A DNA stretch of 64,000 nt from a virus (lineage: Duplodnaviria; Caudoviricetes): positions 64,001-128,000 of the IMG/VR virus record IMGVR_UViG_2597489997_000001; one strand, given 5' to 3'. A program made the position numbers and the translations under genes. The notes under the pieces were generated by a model. The model did no database searches and had not been told where the DNA came from. It saw nothing but the letters and a program-made list of their open reading frames with translations. Below are positions 1 through 7,883 of the stretch, piece by piece (the first letter of the stretch is position 1; every line of letters begins with the position of its first letter).

Positions 1-401
1 ATGCTTATCGTAAACGTGTAGAGAACTTCTTGAAGTTCCCTCATATCAACCGTCGTTGGGATGTCAAAGTTACTCCTGAGTTACATGGGGAGACAATGAT
101 CGCATTCTGGAAGGTTGTAGACGAGAAGTATAAGGATGCTAACTCTATCATGCACTCTATCTTCCTGTGGGCATGTATGGGACGCGATCCTGAAAATCTG
201 GATTATGGTATTCCAATCGGTGACCAACCGCGTAACTTCGTGTCTATGCATGAAGCGATCCTTAACCGTGGTCTGGGGAACACCTTGTTGTATGGTTGGC
301 AGGCGAACGCCTTATTAGGTAGTCCGCTTAACTTCCTGATCAAAAACCGTCAGGGTGGGGTGCTCGAAGCATTTACTCACCCTATCGCTAGAGAAGCATA
401 A
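1..401 (+). CDS. Hypothetical phage protein, 5'-truncated by the window edge
   Basis: The frame of ORF 30..401 is open back to position 3 (AYRKRVENFLKFPH...), so the real start lies upstream of the window. Confidence 0.6.
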   Translation, partial: AYRKRVENFLKFPHINRRWDVKVTPELHGETMIAFWKVVDEKYKDANSIMHSIFLWACMGRDPENLDYGIPIGDQPRNFVSMHEAILNRGLGNTLLYGWQANALLGSPLNFLIKNRQGGVLEAFTHPIAREA

Positions 402-436
402 CCCAATTAGGACAAGGACGTCCTTGGAGATTTAAA

Positions 437-769
437 ATGATTACGTTAGCAGATAACATCGATGCAGGTTTCCTGAAGAAAGTATTGCTGGGAAAAATTG
501 AGCAATACAACAATAACGAATTGGCGACCGGTTATTACCAAGCCCATAAACAGTTGCCCCCACGTGCTGTTTCATTCGCTCATATTACGGTTCGTCATCC
601 AACGTTTGACGAGAGTATTATTGATGCTTGTTTGGAAGAGTTCAAGAAACAAGCAGGTGACTTTAAACTGACCCTATCAGCACTGGATGTTTTTATCGGC
701 GCTGGTAAGTTTGGTTGGGAAGTTAAGTTTGAAGTGTTCAAATACGTCGCTCGTTTAGACGAGGTTTAA
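437..769 (+). CDS. Hypothetical protein (110 aa)
   Basis: GGAG RBS upstream of the ATG; typical phage codon usage. Confidence 0.7.
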   Translation: MITLADNIDAGFLKKVLLGKIEQYNNNELATGYYQAHKQLPPRAVSFAHITVRHPTFDESIIDACLEEFKKQAGDFKLTLSALDVFIGAGKFGWEVKFEVFKYVARLDEV

Positions 770-973
770 ATGGCCAAGCGTCTCCAGGTAGATGTTTCTG
801 ATGAAACGTTCGACAAATTGTCCGTAATAAAGGATAAGACTAACGCATCTCAGGGTGAGGTAGTCAGTAAAGCAATTAAGTTATATTCCCACATCATGAA
901 TGCGTTAAACGATGATGGTTCTCTTACTTATCTGAACGTAAATGGTAAGGAAGTTAAACTTATCATTCTTTAA
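770..973 (+). CDS. Ribbon-helix-helix (CopG/Arc-like) DNA-binding protein
   Basis: Alternating strand KRLQVDVS, then helix DETFDKLSVIKDKT, a turn, and helix SQGEVVSKAIKLY. This is the RHH pattern. GAGG RBS. Confidence 0.7.
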   Translation: MAKRLQVDVSDETFDKLSVIKDKTNASQGEVVSKAIKLYSHIMNALNDDGSLTYLNVNGKEVKLIIL

Positions 974-983
974 GGAAATTTAA

Positions 984-1301
984 ATGACCTTACTTGATAA
1001 CCAGAATGATACCATCACTGTAACCATGAAGATGGACAGTGAAATGAAGATGCCAGGTCGCGGACCCTTTGCGGGATTCCCAAAACTTCGTATCGTCGGT
1101 GTCATCGAAGGTGACAAAAATACTGCGACTGACTTCTGGCCTACCGCCGAGTCTATCCCTAGTACACGTCATCCAAAAACTATCCGGTTGATTAATCTCA
1201 ACTGGCAAAAGAAAACTGCACGAGTAGAATACGACGACACATCAAAGATCATTAAGGTCTTTGGTGGTAACGTTGATTCTGTTGTGATCAAAATCTCTTA
1301 A
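984..1301 (+). CDS. Hypothetical protein (105 aa)
   Basis: TAAGGA RBS; part of the left accessory operon. Confidence 0.7.
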   Translation: MTLLDNQNDTITVTMKMDSEMKMPGRGPFAGFPKLRIVGVIEGDKNTATDFWPTAESIPSTRHPKTIRLINLNWQKKTARVEYDDTSKIIKVFGGNVDSVVIKIS

Positions 1302-1310
1302 GGATTAGAA

Positions 1311-1811
1311 ATGATAAAGAAAGTGCTTGAAGACTTTATCAAGGTTTGGACTGCGTACGAAGGCAATAACCTGGAACTAGGTGACGCTGTAAAACGTATC
1401 AACTCCGGGGATTGTGGCCTTACAGCCATTGCTGTTCATCACGTACTAAAACATAAGTACGGTATTGAAACGACTGTTCTTCTCAACCGTAATCATTGCT
1501 GGCTTCATTTCGGCGGTAAGGATTATGATAGCATGGCTGTTAACGGTTATGCTAACTCAGCTAATGAGGCATGGTCTGAAAAGGGTGATCCTAACCCAGT
1601 TCACGAGTTGACCTTTAAGGAAGCTTGTGATGAATGGATGCCGTGCGACACATATGGCGGTTATCTGGTCAAAGCGTTTGTTGAACGCTACGGGCTGACA
1701 CTCCCTACTGAACTCCAGCACTGCATCGACAATGCTGAAGAGTATGAGGGCGAGCAAGGTATTCCTGCCATTCTGGTTCGTTATGAATCTGCTAAGGCCA
1801 TTCCTTTATAA
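1311..1811 (+). CDS. Putative transglutaminase/papain-like Cys-His-Asp enzyme
   Basis: Motifs INSGDCG, NHCWLHF and KDYDS occur in the order and spacing of a transglutaminase-like triad; AAGGA RBS. Confidence 0.5.
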   Translation: MIKKVLEDFIKVWTAYEGNNLELGDAVKRINSGDCGLTAIAVHHVLKHKYGIETTVLLNRNHCWLHFGGKDYDSMAVNGYANSANEAWSEKGDPNPVHELTFKEACDEWMPCDTYGGYLVKAFVERYGLTLPTELQHCIDNAEEYEGEQGIPAILVRYESAKAIPL

Positions 1812-1889
1812 GTAGATATCATTAATTCGGTAAAGAGAGTACCTTTATAGTATGATGAGATATTCGTCATACACATAAAAGGTTACACC

Positions 1890-2120
1890 ATGATTACCGC
1901 TATAAATGAAATGAAACCTGGGGAGTGCTTTAGTGTGGCTTCCGATGAAGGTGGAATTAAAAAGGCTCCTTGTCTGAGAAAGATATTAGCTGTAGGGAAC
2001 ACAGCTGTTGCATCTACTGAATTCAATGACCGGGGTTATACCTATAAACTGAAAATGGATAATTACTTGGGTAGTGAACCTATGAAGGATGGTAACACTC
2101 TCCATAAATTCAGCAAATAA
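1890..2120 (+). CDS. Small hypothetical protein, paralog of 2325..2570
   Basis: AAGG RBS; shares AI.....PG, KAPC, GY...L.M.NY.G and T.H.F.K with 2325..2570. Confidence 0.7.
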   Translation: MITAINEMKPGECFSVASDEGGIKKAPCLRKILAVGNTAVASTEFNDRGYTYKLKMDNYLGSEPMKDGNTLHKFSK

Positions 2121-2129
2121 GGTAACGCG

Positions 2130-2315
2130 ATGGAATATAAGATCCACGAAATAGTTCGTCACGCCAAAGAGAATCAGGTTCAGATCAACTACATCTGGCA
2201 TCCAGCCAGACCGGTTGCTCCGAAAGGACTCTATGGTTTAAAGATTCGTATCAAAGGTGCCCTGAAAGTATTGACGGGTAAAGCTGATACTGTTGTTTGG
2301 CCTGGTAACCAATAA
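2130..2315 (+). CDS. Small phage hypothetical protein
   Basis: TAAGG RBS; carries a WHPARP...LKVLTGKAD motif of a kind I recall from other small phage proteins (not searched). Confidence 0.65.
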   Translation: MEYKIHEIVRHAKENQVQINYIWHPARPVAPKGLYGLKIRIKGALKVLTGKADTVVWPGNQ

Positions 2316-2324
2316 GGTTCAGAA

Positions 2325-2570
2325 ATGACCATTAAAGCAATTAGTGACATCCGTCCTGGTAACTACGTGTTCATCAAGTCTGATGCTATCTGTGACAAAG
2401 CTCCTTGCACTAAACGTGTAAAGGAAGTTACAGCTAAAGGTTTCATCTCCGATGATTCTGATGACGATGGTTACGAGTTCCCATTAGATATGGGTAACTA
2501 CGACGGCACCATTGACATCGGTTCCACCGCAGAGAAACCACCAAAAACTATCCACCAGTTTAATAAATAA
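2325..2570 (+). CDS. Small hypothetical protein, paralog of 1890..2120
   Basis: TAAGG RBS; aligns by eye with 1890..2120. Confidence 0.7.
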   Translation: MTIKAISDIRPGNYVFIKSDAICDKAPCTKRVKEVTAKGFISDDSDDDGYEFPLDMGNYDGTIDIGSTAEKPPKTIHQFNK

Positions 2571-2571
2571 C

Positions 2572-2607
2572 GGGAGAGAGGGGCTTCGGCTCCTCTCCCC
2601 TATGTTT
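2572..2607 (+). terminator. Hairpin (TTCG loop) followed by TATGTTT
   Basis: GGGAGAGAGGGGC-TTCG-GCTCCTCTCCCC directly after the stop codon. Confidence 0.7.
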
Positions 2608-2617
2608 GGAGATTGTC

Positions 2618-2899
2618 ATGAAAGTAGTAACAATTAGTAAGGGCGAAGAGGTCCAGATTAGTTTGGCTGGAATCACTCACTTCTGGTTAAACACAATCGA
2701 AAAGGAGGACGGTTCTATTATCACCAAAGTCAAACCGGCCTACCCGTCTGAGTTTGATTCGAAGTCTCCTTTGCGTTGTAACTATAACTATGACGGCATG
2801 ACGCCCACTCTTATTTACGACTCAGAAACCAAAACGCTGAAAGCGTCCGGTTGGGGTTATACAAAAATGACTTTCACTTTTAATAAGGAAAGTTCGTGA
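2618..2899 (+). CDS. Hypothetical protein
   Basis: GGAG RBS favours ATG 2618 over TTG 2606. Confidence 0.65.
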   Translation: MKVVTISKGEEVQISLAGITHFWLNTIEKEDGSIITKVKPAYPSEFDSKSPLRCNYNYDGMTPTLIYDSETKTLKASGWGYTKMTFTFNKESS

Positions 2900-3366
2900 T
2901 CAAAGAAGAACACATTAAAGCGGCTGCGGCCATTGTAGATAACTTAACTCAAAAAGGAACCACCATGTCTCATAAAGTAGCTGTAGATAACGTAGAACCA
3001 ATCATTGGCAAATCAACCTTCTATACCGTTAAGAACGGCGAAGTGACCCCAATCACTGAAGATCTGCCTTCCAACGTTATCTTTATTCTGAACTGCATCA
3101 AAGTGACCCAAGACGATAAAGAAATCGTTCTGGGCAAAGAACAAGATGGTAAACGTTTTGTTCCTTCCTTTGAACTGTCTAAGTCAGAGACAGAGTTCAT
3201 CATTAACTACTTTGCGGAGGCTACCGAAGACCAACCTGCGATCAAACTACGCGGTACCGTCGATCTGGAAACTCGCACCATTTCTATTACCGGTGAAGGG
3301 TTTGAAACTGCTGAAGTTGAAGTAGTTGAATTTGCTCAGCAGGACGCTCCAGAAGCGACTGAGTAA
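2896..3366 (+). CDS. Hypothetical protein with acidic C-terminus (alternative start 2965)
   Basis: GTGA overlap at 2896; also AAAGGA RBS before ATG 2965. Confidence 0.7.
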   Translation: MIKEEHIKAAAAIVDNLTQKGTTMSHKVAVDNVEPIIGKSTFYTVKNGEVTPITEDLPSNVIFILNCIKVTQDDKEIVLGKEQDGKRFVPSFELSKSETEFIINYFAEATEDQPAIKLRGTVDLETRTISITGEGFETAEVEVVEFAQQDAPEATE

Positions 3367-3373
3367 TGATGCC

Positions 3374-3400
3374 TTGGGGTAGTTAAGGCTACCCCAAAAA
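3374..3400. terminator. Intergenic hairpin
   Basis: TTGGGGTAG-TTAAGG-CTACCCCAA. Confidence 0.6.
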
Positions 3401-3503
3401 GGAAGCTGTATTTAGTTACTGAGTTCGCAATCTGATAGCCAAGTATACTTTGGGCCTGCATGTTGCCTAGGTTCCTTAGAAACTATGTGTGAGGTTTATA
3501 AGA

Positions 3504-5048
3504 ATGCGCCGGACGCTAGTTATCCATAAAGGGCACTCGTATGTCCGCCTGACTGACTATAAACCTGAACTCATGCAGCAAATATTACTTCCTTTTTGCA
3601 AGAGGAATTTTTACCGAGTTCAGAAAACGCCAGTTCCTGGTGGCGGACCAAATGCCATAAAGTGGGAAGTCAGTCATGTCTTCGCTCGTTTCAATAATGA
3701 CAAGACAGAACTTCGGTTCAATGCTGAGAAACTCCCAGATCTGTTAAAGATGATGGAAGAGAATGGTTATAACAAATCTCGGATATTAATCGAAACAGAG
3801 CCAGAAATTGAAGGTGCCAATGCGGTCATCAAGCTGAAAGATCCGAAGATCAAACCTCGTAACGAATTGCAGGAAGATTACTGTCAGTTCATGCTAGGTC
3901 CAAAACCAGTTGTTGTGAATAACGCGACCACTGGCTTCGGTAAAAGCTTCATGGCTATTTGGACAGCATACATGTTACAGAAGAGAACACTGATAACCGT
4001 ACTCCCCAGATATGTTGATATTTGGGTTAAGACGATTGCAGAGTTCCTTAACGTTCACCCCACGGATATCCTGGTGGCAGATACGTTTGGTATAGAGAAA
4101 CTTCACCAGATCATGAAAGACGGTTTGGTTAACCCTTCCTTTATCATACTCCCTCTGACCAAGATTGACGTATATATTAAGCGCATGAAGGAAGATTCTT
4201 CATTGCCAGGTTTGGATGAAGTATTCACGGACTTGAACTGCGGCTATCGTATTATCGATGAAGCACACGAATCGATCTATTCGGTTTACATGTCCATGAT
4301 GTTCGGTAACCACAAGAAGACCGCTGCATTGTCAGCTACTCTCTCTGGTGACGATGACTTCGTCAATGGTATCTACAGTCAGATATTCCCTCATCACGCG
4401 TACCTTAGACCTCCTGAGTACACCAAGTACATTCACGTCATTGCATATACTCACCGCATCGATGTGAACCGATACAGAATCCAAGCAAAAGGATTCGGCG
4501 GTTATTCTCATGTGAAGTTTGAACAAGCTGTGATGAAAAGCAGTCATGTTTGGGAACAGTATTATCAGATGCTTAAAGAGGCATTTGTGACTTACTACCT
4601 GGATACATATCGAGAAGGTCAGAAGGCCATGTGGTTCTTCCAGACCGTTGAGATGTGTGACCTGTTCCTGAAACGGCTCAAGAAAGACTATCCTGATTTA
4701 GATGCGATAACATTCACGGCAGAGCAGAGTGCGAAGAAGGAAACCAAATCAGCCTATAGAGAGCACAGAGTCGTTATTACAACTCCGGGTTCCTGTGGTA
4801 CTGGTAAGGACATCCCTCAGCTCTACATCGTGTTCAGTCCTGTTTCGGTGAGTTCTTCTCAGCGTAACGACCAGATGGTTGGACGTACTCGTCCGATTGA
4901 CAAATGGTGGCCTGACCTCGATCCGATCTTCTTGTACTTCGTATGTCCTGACATTGCGAAACAAGTTGATTACCATCGGAAACGTAAACAGATCTTCGAT
5001 AAGAAAATGAAGAAGTTTACGTTGATAGACTCTGGATCGCGTATTTAA
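3504..5048 (+). CDS. Superfamily 2 (DExH) helicase, phiKZ gp75-like
   Basis: Walker A NATTGFGKS, motif II IIDEAH, motif III LSAT, motif V GTGKDIP, motif VI QMVGRTR; GAGG RBS before ATG 3504. Confidence 0.9.
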   Translation: MRRTLVIHKGHSYVRLTDYKPELMQQILLPFCKRNFYRVQKTPVPGGGPNAIKWEVSHVFARFNNDKTELRFNAEKLPDLLKMMEENGYNKSRILIETEPEIEGANAVIKLKDPKIKPRNELQEDYCQFMLGPKPVVVNNATTGFGKSFMAIWTAYMLQKRTLITVLPRYVDIWVKTIAEFLNVHPTDILVADTFGIEKLHQIMKDGLVNPSFIILPLTKIDVYIKRMKEDSSLPGLDEVFTDLNCGYRIIDEAHESIYSVYMSMMFGNHKKTAALSATLSGDDDFVNGIYSQIFPHHAYLRPPEYTKYIHVIAYTHRIDVNRYRIQAKGFGGYSHVKFEQAVMKSSHVWEQYYQMLKEAFVTYYLDTYREGQKAMWFFQTVEMCDLFLKRLKKDYPDLDAITFTAEQSAKKETKSAYREHRVVITTPGSCGTGKDIPQLYIVFSPVSVSSSQRNDQMVGRTRPIDKWWPDLDPIFLYFVCPDIAKQVDYHRKRKQIFDKKMKKFTLIDSGSRI

Positions 5049-5053
5049 TAACT

Positions 5054-5083
5054 GGACCTTGGGACCTTTGGGTTCCAGGGTTC
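5054..5083 (+). terminator. Intergenic hairpin
   Basis: GGACCTTGGGACC-TTTG-GGTTCCAGGGTTC right after the helicase stop. Confidence 0.55.
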
Positions 5084-5102
5084 ATGTCTTTTGGCGGTAA
5101 CA

Positions 5103-5543
5103 ATGAATGTATTAAATTTAGTATCGTTTAATGTCCGTGCTCCAGAAATTGCTCAGCTAGACACGTTACAAGTTGTAGCCGCTGGCTTGAACATTTTACT
5201 GGACGGACATAAAGCATTAGGGTTGGATATGGAGGACTTCAGTTTAATGGAGAACGCCAACCTTACCATGGGTGATCATGCATCTGAACTCTGTAACGGT
5301 TCAGATGAAGACTTTGACCGAATCTATAAGAATGCCAAGAATGTGCTAAATACCGTGTTAGCAACTCAAGGTGAAGAGTTGGTTGGGTTCGCTGCTAATC
5401 TATTAAGCATCGATGACATGATGACGTTTGAGTATCCTGGTCTTATAAGACTCTGCGTGAAAGAGGGTAGCAGAAATGGAAACGCTGGAAGTAGTCTCCT
5501 TTACCTTACCAAATCCGCGTATTGTTCAGGCTATTCATACTAA
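5103..5543 (+). CDS. Hypothetical protein
   Basis: ORF 5091..5543; ATG 5103 preferred. Confidence 0.6.
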   Translation: MNVLNLVSFNVRAPEIAQLDTLQVVAAGLNILLDGHKALGLDMEDFSLMENANLTMGDHASELCNGSDEDFDRIYKNAKNVLNTVLATQGEELVGFAANLLSIDDMMTFEYPGLIRLCVKEGSRNGNAGSSLLYLTKSAYCSGYSY

Positions 5544-5880
5544 ACCTATCGTCCTCCACGAGATCGTTGTATTTGTGCTCGGCAAACAGTTGATTTTGGG
5601 ACCTACTGAAAAGTATAGTTTTGATAACCGCATGCTTGAGTACATGGTGTCTTGTTTGGATCCACTGGATAAGACATCGGTTGTTAACGGCGATGACAAT
5701 GTTACGTTAATTTACTTAGAGTTAATCGACATTATCGAAAAGATTCAGCAAGGATATGTTTATCAGTCCCTGCTGAATGGAGGAGAGGTTTACCTTAAAT
5801 ATGACTATGATATTGGAAGAAGGTTTTCGAAAATTAGGTTGTACACCGATACCTATGAATACGGGGACCCCGTTTTATAA
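5476..5880 (+). CDS. Hypothetical protein
   Basis: GAGG RBS; overlaps the upstream gene by 68 nt. Confidence 0.6.
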   Translation: METLEVVSFTLPNPRIVQAIHTKPIVLHEIVVFVLGKQLILGPTEKYSFDNRMLEYMVSCLDPLDKTSVVNGDDNVTLIYLELIDIIEKIQQGYVYQSLLNGGEVYLKYDYDIGRRFSKIRLYTDTYEYGDPVL

Positions 5881-5920
5881 CGAACCACTCGATTTACTTT
5901 ACTTAACTGGAGTATCACAG

Positions 5921-6505
5921 ATGCCTTTGAATAACACAGCCGGTACATTACCCGCAACAGAACAAGCCATGGTCACTTATAAGTTCAAGTGCCCGGACTT
6001 AGCAGAGTTCTTTGAAACCCTTAACCCAGAGCAGTCACACATCGCTCTGGAAGGCGCTCTGAACATTATCTTTGCTAAGCCACCTATGTCATTGGAAGAT
6101 GTAATGGCTCCAATGGGGGACGGTACAGAGGCTCCTGATGAGGATGAGATTGAACCGCCTCAATCAGAAGAAGAATGTCAGATGGACCACGAAGGTTCTG
6201 TAACGCAGGCAACTGTACTGGCGCTGTTCGACCACCAACAAGGTATCCTGGCAGAAGCTGCTGGTATTACCGACATGGTCCCAGTCGATGATCCTGAGAA
6301 CTCCCCACTGTATCAGCAGATGGAAGAGATCTTTGGAAACATCGTGACTAAACTTTCTTCTGATATCACCGAAGATCGTTTCAACCAAGATGTCATTACT
6401 CTTTACGGAGAAATGGAGTTCTTCTCCCGCATCGAAATGTTCACCTATCAGTATAACACCAAAACTGATCAGCTGATCGTAACGATCTCTGCGTGTAACG
6501 CTTAA
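5921..6505 (+). CDS. Acidic hypothetical protein
   Basis: GGAG RBS before ATG 5921 (ORF track start 5777); D/E-rich. Confidence 0.7.
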   Translation: MPLNNTAGTLPATEQAMVTYKFKCPDLAEFFETLNPEQSHIALEGALNIIFAKPPMSLEDVMAPMGDGTEAPDEDEIEPPQSEEECQMDHEGSVTQATVLALFDHQQGILAEAAGITDMVPVDDPENSPLYQQMEEIFGNIVTKLSSDITEDRFNQDVITLYGEMEFFSRIEMFTYQYNTKTDQLIVTISACNA

Positions 6506-6520
6506 GACAATGAACAGTCC

Positions 6521-6550
6521 CTCCCCTACTCCTTAACCGGGGTAGGGGAG
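6521..6550 (+). terminator. Hairpin, CCCTAC family
   Basis: CTCCCCTACTCC-TTAACC-GGGGTAGGGGAG. Confidence 0.7.
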
Positions 6551-6592
6551 TGGTCTGAATACATTATTCCTTCCTAATTAAAGGAGTGCCTT

Positions 6593-7048
6593 ATGCCTGT
6601 CATTATTTATAAATGGATGACTCTAGCCAACATACCTCCTTTAAGCAAGGAGTCACCCGAGATAACGGATGTTTATGCTCACATAAAAGAAGGACTAAAG
6701 AAAGATCCTAAATTTACTGTTTGGGAAATTCCTCAATATACCTCATTCGGTGGAAGAGTGAGTTGGACCGCGTCCAACTTGAGAGTTTCCATAAAGGGCA
6801 TGATCGCATATCAAGTAGGAAAGTCTCTGCGAATGTCTACGGGGATCTTTAAGAACGGTGTACCCTCTGTTCACATCCCCACATTGACGTACTCTGAGTA
6901 CTTTCCATTGGACCGTATTATTGCCTGTACATTCCTTCCTATCCCGGAGGAGTTATCAGAATACTCCAAAAGTGAGTTAAAGGTAGGGAGAATAAATGGT
7001 CAAAAACATCAAGTTCATTTGGCTAATTTGAAGTGGATGAAACCATAG
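6593..7048 (+). CDS. Hypothetical protein (151 aa)
   Basis: AAGGAG RBS. Confidence 0.65.
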   Translation: MPVIIYKWMTLANIPPLSKESPEITDVYAHIKEGLKKDPKFTVWEIPQYTSFGGRVSWTASNLRVSIKGMIAYQVGKSLRMSTGIFKNGVPSVHIPTLTYSEYFPLDRIIACTFLPIPEELSEYSKSELKVGRINGQKHQVHLANLKWMKP

Positions 7049-7051
7049 TTA

Positions 7052-7079
7052 CCTTGCTACCTCTACCGGGGTAGCAAGG
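7052..7079 (+). terminator. Intergenic hairpin
   Basis: CCTTGCTACCTC-TACC-GGGGTAGCAAGG. Confidence 0.65.
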
Positions 7080-7121
7080 GATAATACTTTGAACTATTAT
7101 TTTTTTTATGGAGCAACAAAC

Positions 7122-7838
7122 ATGTCTTGGGAATTAGAACATTTCGCTACAATGGTATCCGGGTGTGAATCTATCAATACTCATTTGGCTAAGGGCACTG
7201 GCCTGTCTGCTGATGGTGAGTATGCCTTCACTGTACTTAAACTCCATGCTTCTGATGCAGGCTTTGTTGCAGGAACCGAGGGTTTCCTGGACAACGTTAA
7301 GAAAGGCGCTAAGAAAGGGAAAGAGTGGTTTATTGCTTTCTTCAAAGCACTGAAAGATTTCTTCAAACAAGGTTTCAGAAATGTAATCTCTAACCTGGGT
7401 AAGTTGAAAGGCGGTGATAAGAAACATGCAGCTAAAACGGCAGCCACTTCTTTATCTCAATTGGAAGCAGCGATTAACGTACTCGAAATTGTAAGTGATC
7501 GTGATGCTGGTCTTGACACCGGTTACTACCGTGAGATGTTGGCCTTTAAGAATGATGTAATCCATGCCAGCCAATTATCCAAGAAAGCCAATGAACACGA
7601 CGTTGATCGTCTTATCAAGTTGGTTGAAGACGCTCTCTCTAAGGGTCAGCGGTTGTCAGACCGTATGGCAACTGACTGGGAACGTAATGTGGAGAAAGCC
7701 GATGCCGATGAGCACCAGAGAAAGTACTATATGGAGTTAGGGCGTGCCGGTGTTGATGTAGGGCGTGCCCTTAGCTTTGTTACAAGTGCTGCTCAGGTAT
7801 GGTCTCGCGAACTACGTGATGCTGGTGTGAAAGAATAA
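7122..7838 (+). CDS. Putative protease-processed virion head protein (paralog family member)
   Basis: GGAG RBS; SGCES and AGTEGFL sites followed by an amphipathic helix (KKGKEWFIAFFKALKDFF), as in 18503 and 34464. Confidence 0.6.
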   Translation: MSWELEHFATMVSGCESINTHLAKGTGLSADGEYAFTVLKLHASDAGFVAGTEGFLDNVKKGAKKGKEWFIAFFKALKDFFKQGFRNVISNLGKLKGGDKKHAAKTAATSLSQLEAAINVLEIVSDRDAGLDTGYYREMLAFKNDVIHASQLSKKANEHDVDRLIKLVEDALSKGQRLSDRMATDWERNVEKADADEHQRKYYMELGRAGVDVGRALSFVTSAAQVWSRELRDAGVKE

Positions 7839-7845
7839 CATATTC

Positions 7846-7874
7846 CCCTTACCCTCCGAAAGGAAGGGTAAGGG
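7846..7874. terminator. Bidirectional hairpin between convergent genes
   Basis: AACATATT..CCCTTACCCTCC-GAAA-GGAAGGGTAAGGG-TTATGTTTG. Confidence 0.75.
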
Positions 7875-7883
7875 TTATGTTTG

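Noticed and set aside
437-973. In-frame TAA-ATG junctions (769/770, also 20086/20087) as possible stop readthrough
   Set aside because: Each downstream gene has its own SD inside the upstream gene, and TAA is the least leaky stop. Translational coupling is simpler.
5777-5920. N-terminal extension of the 5777 ORF overlapping the upstream gene
   Set aside because: A better RBS precedes ATG 5921, and no slippery site links the frames.
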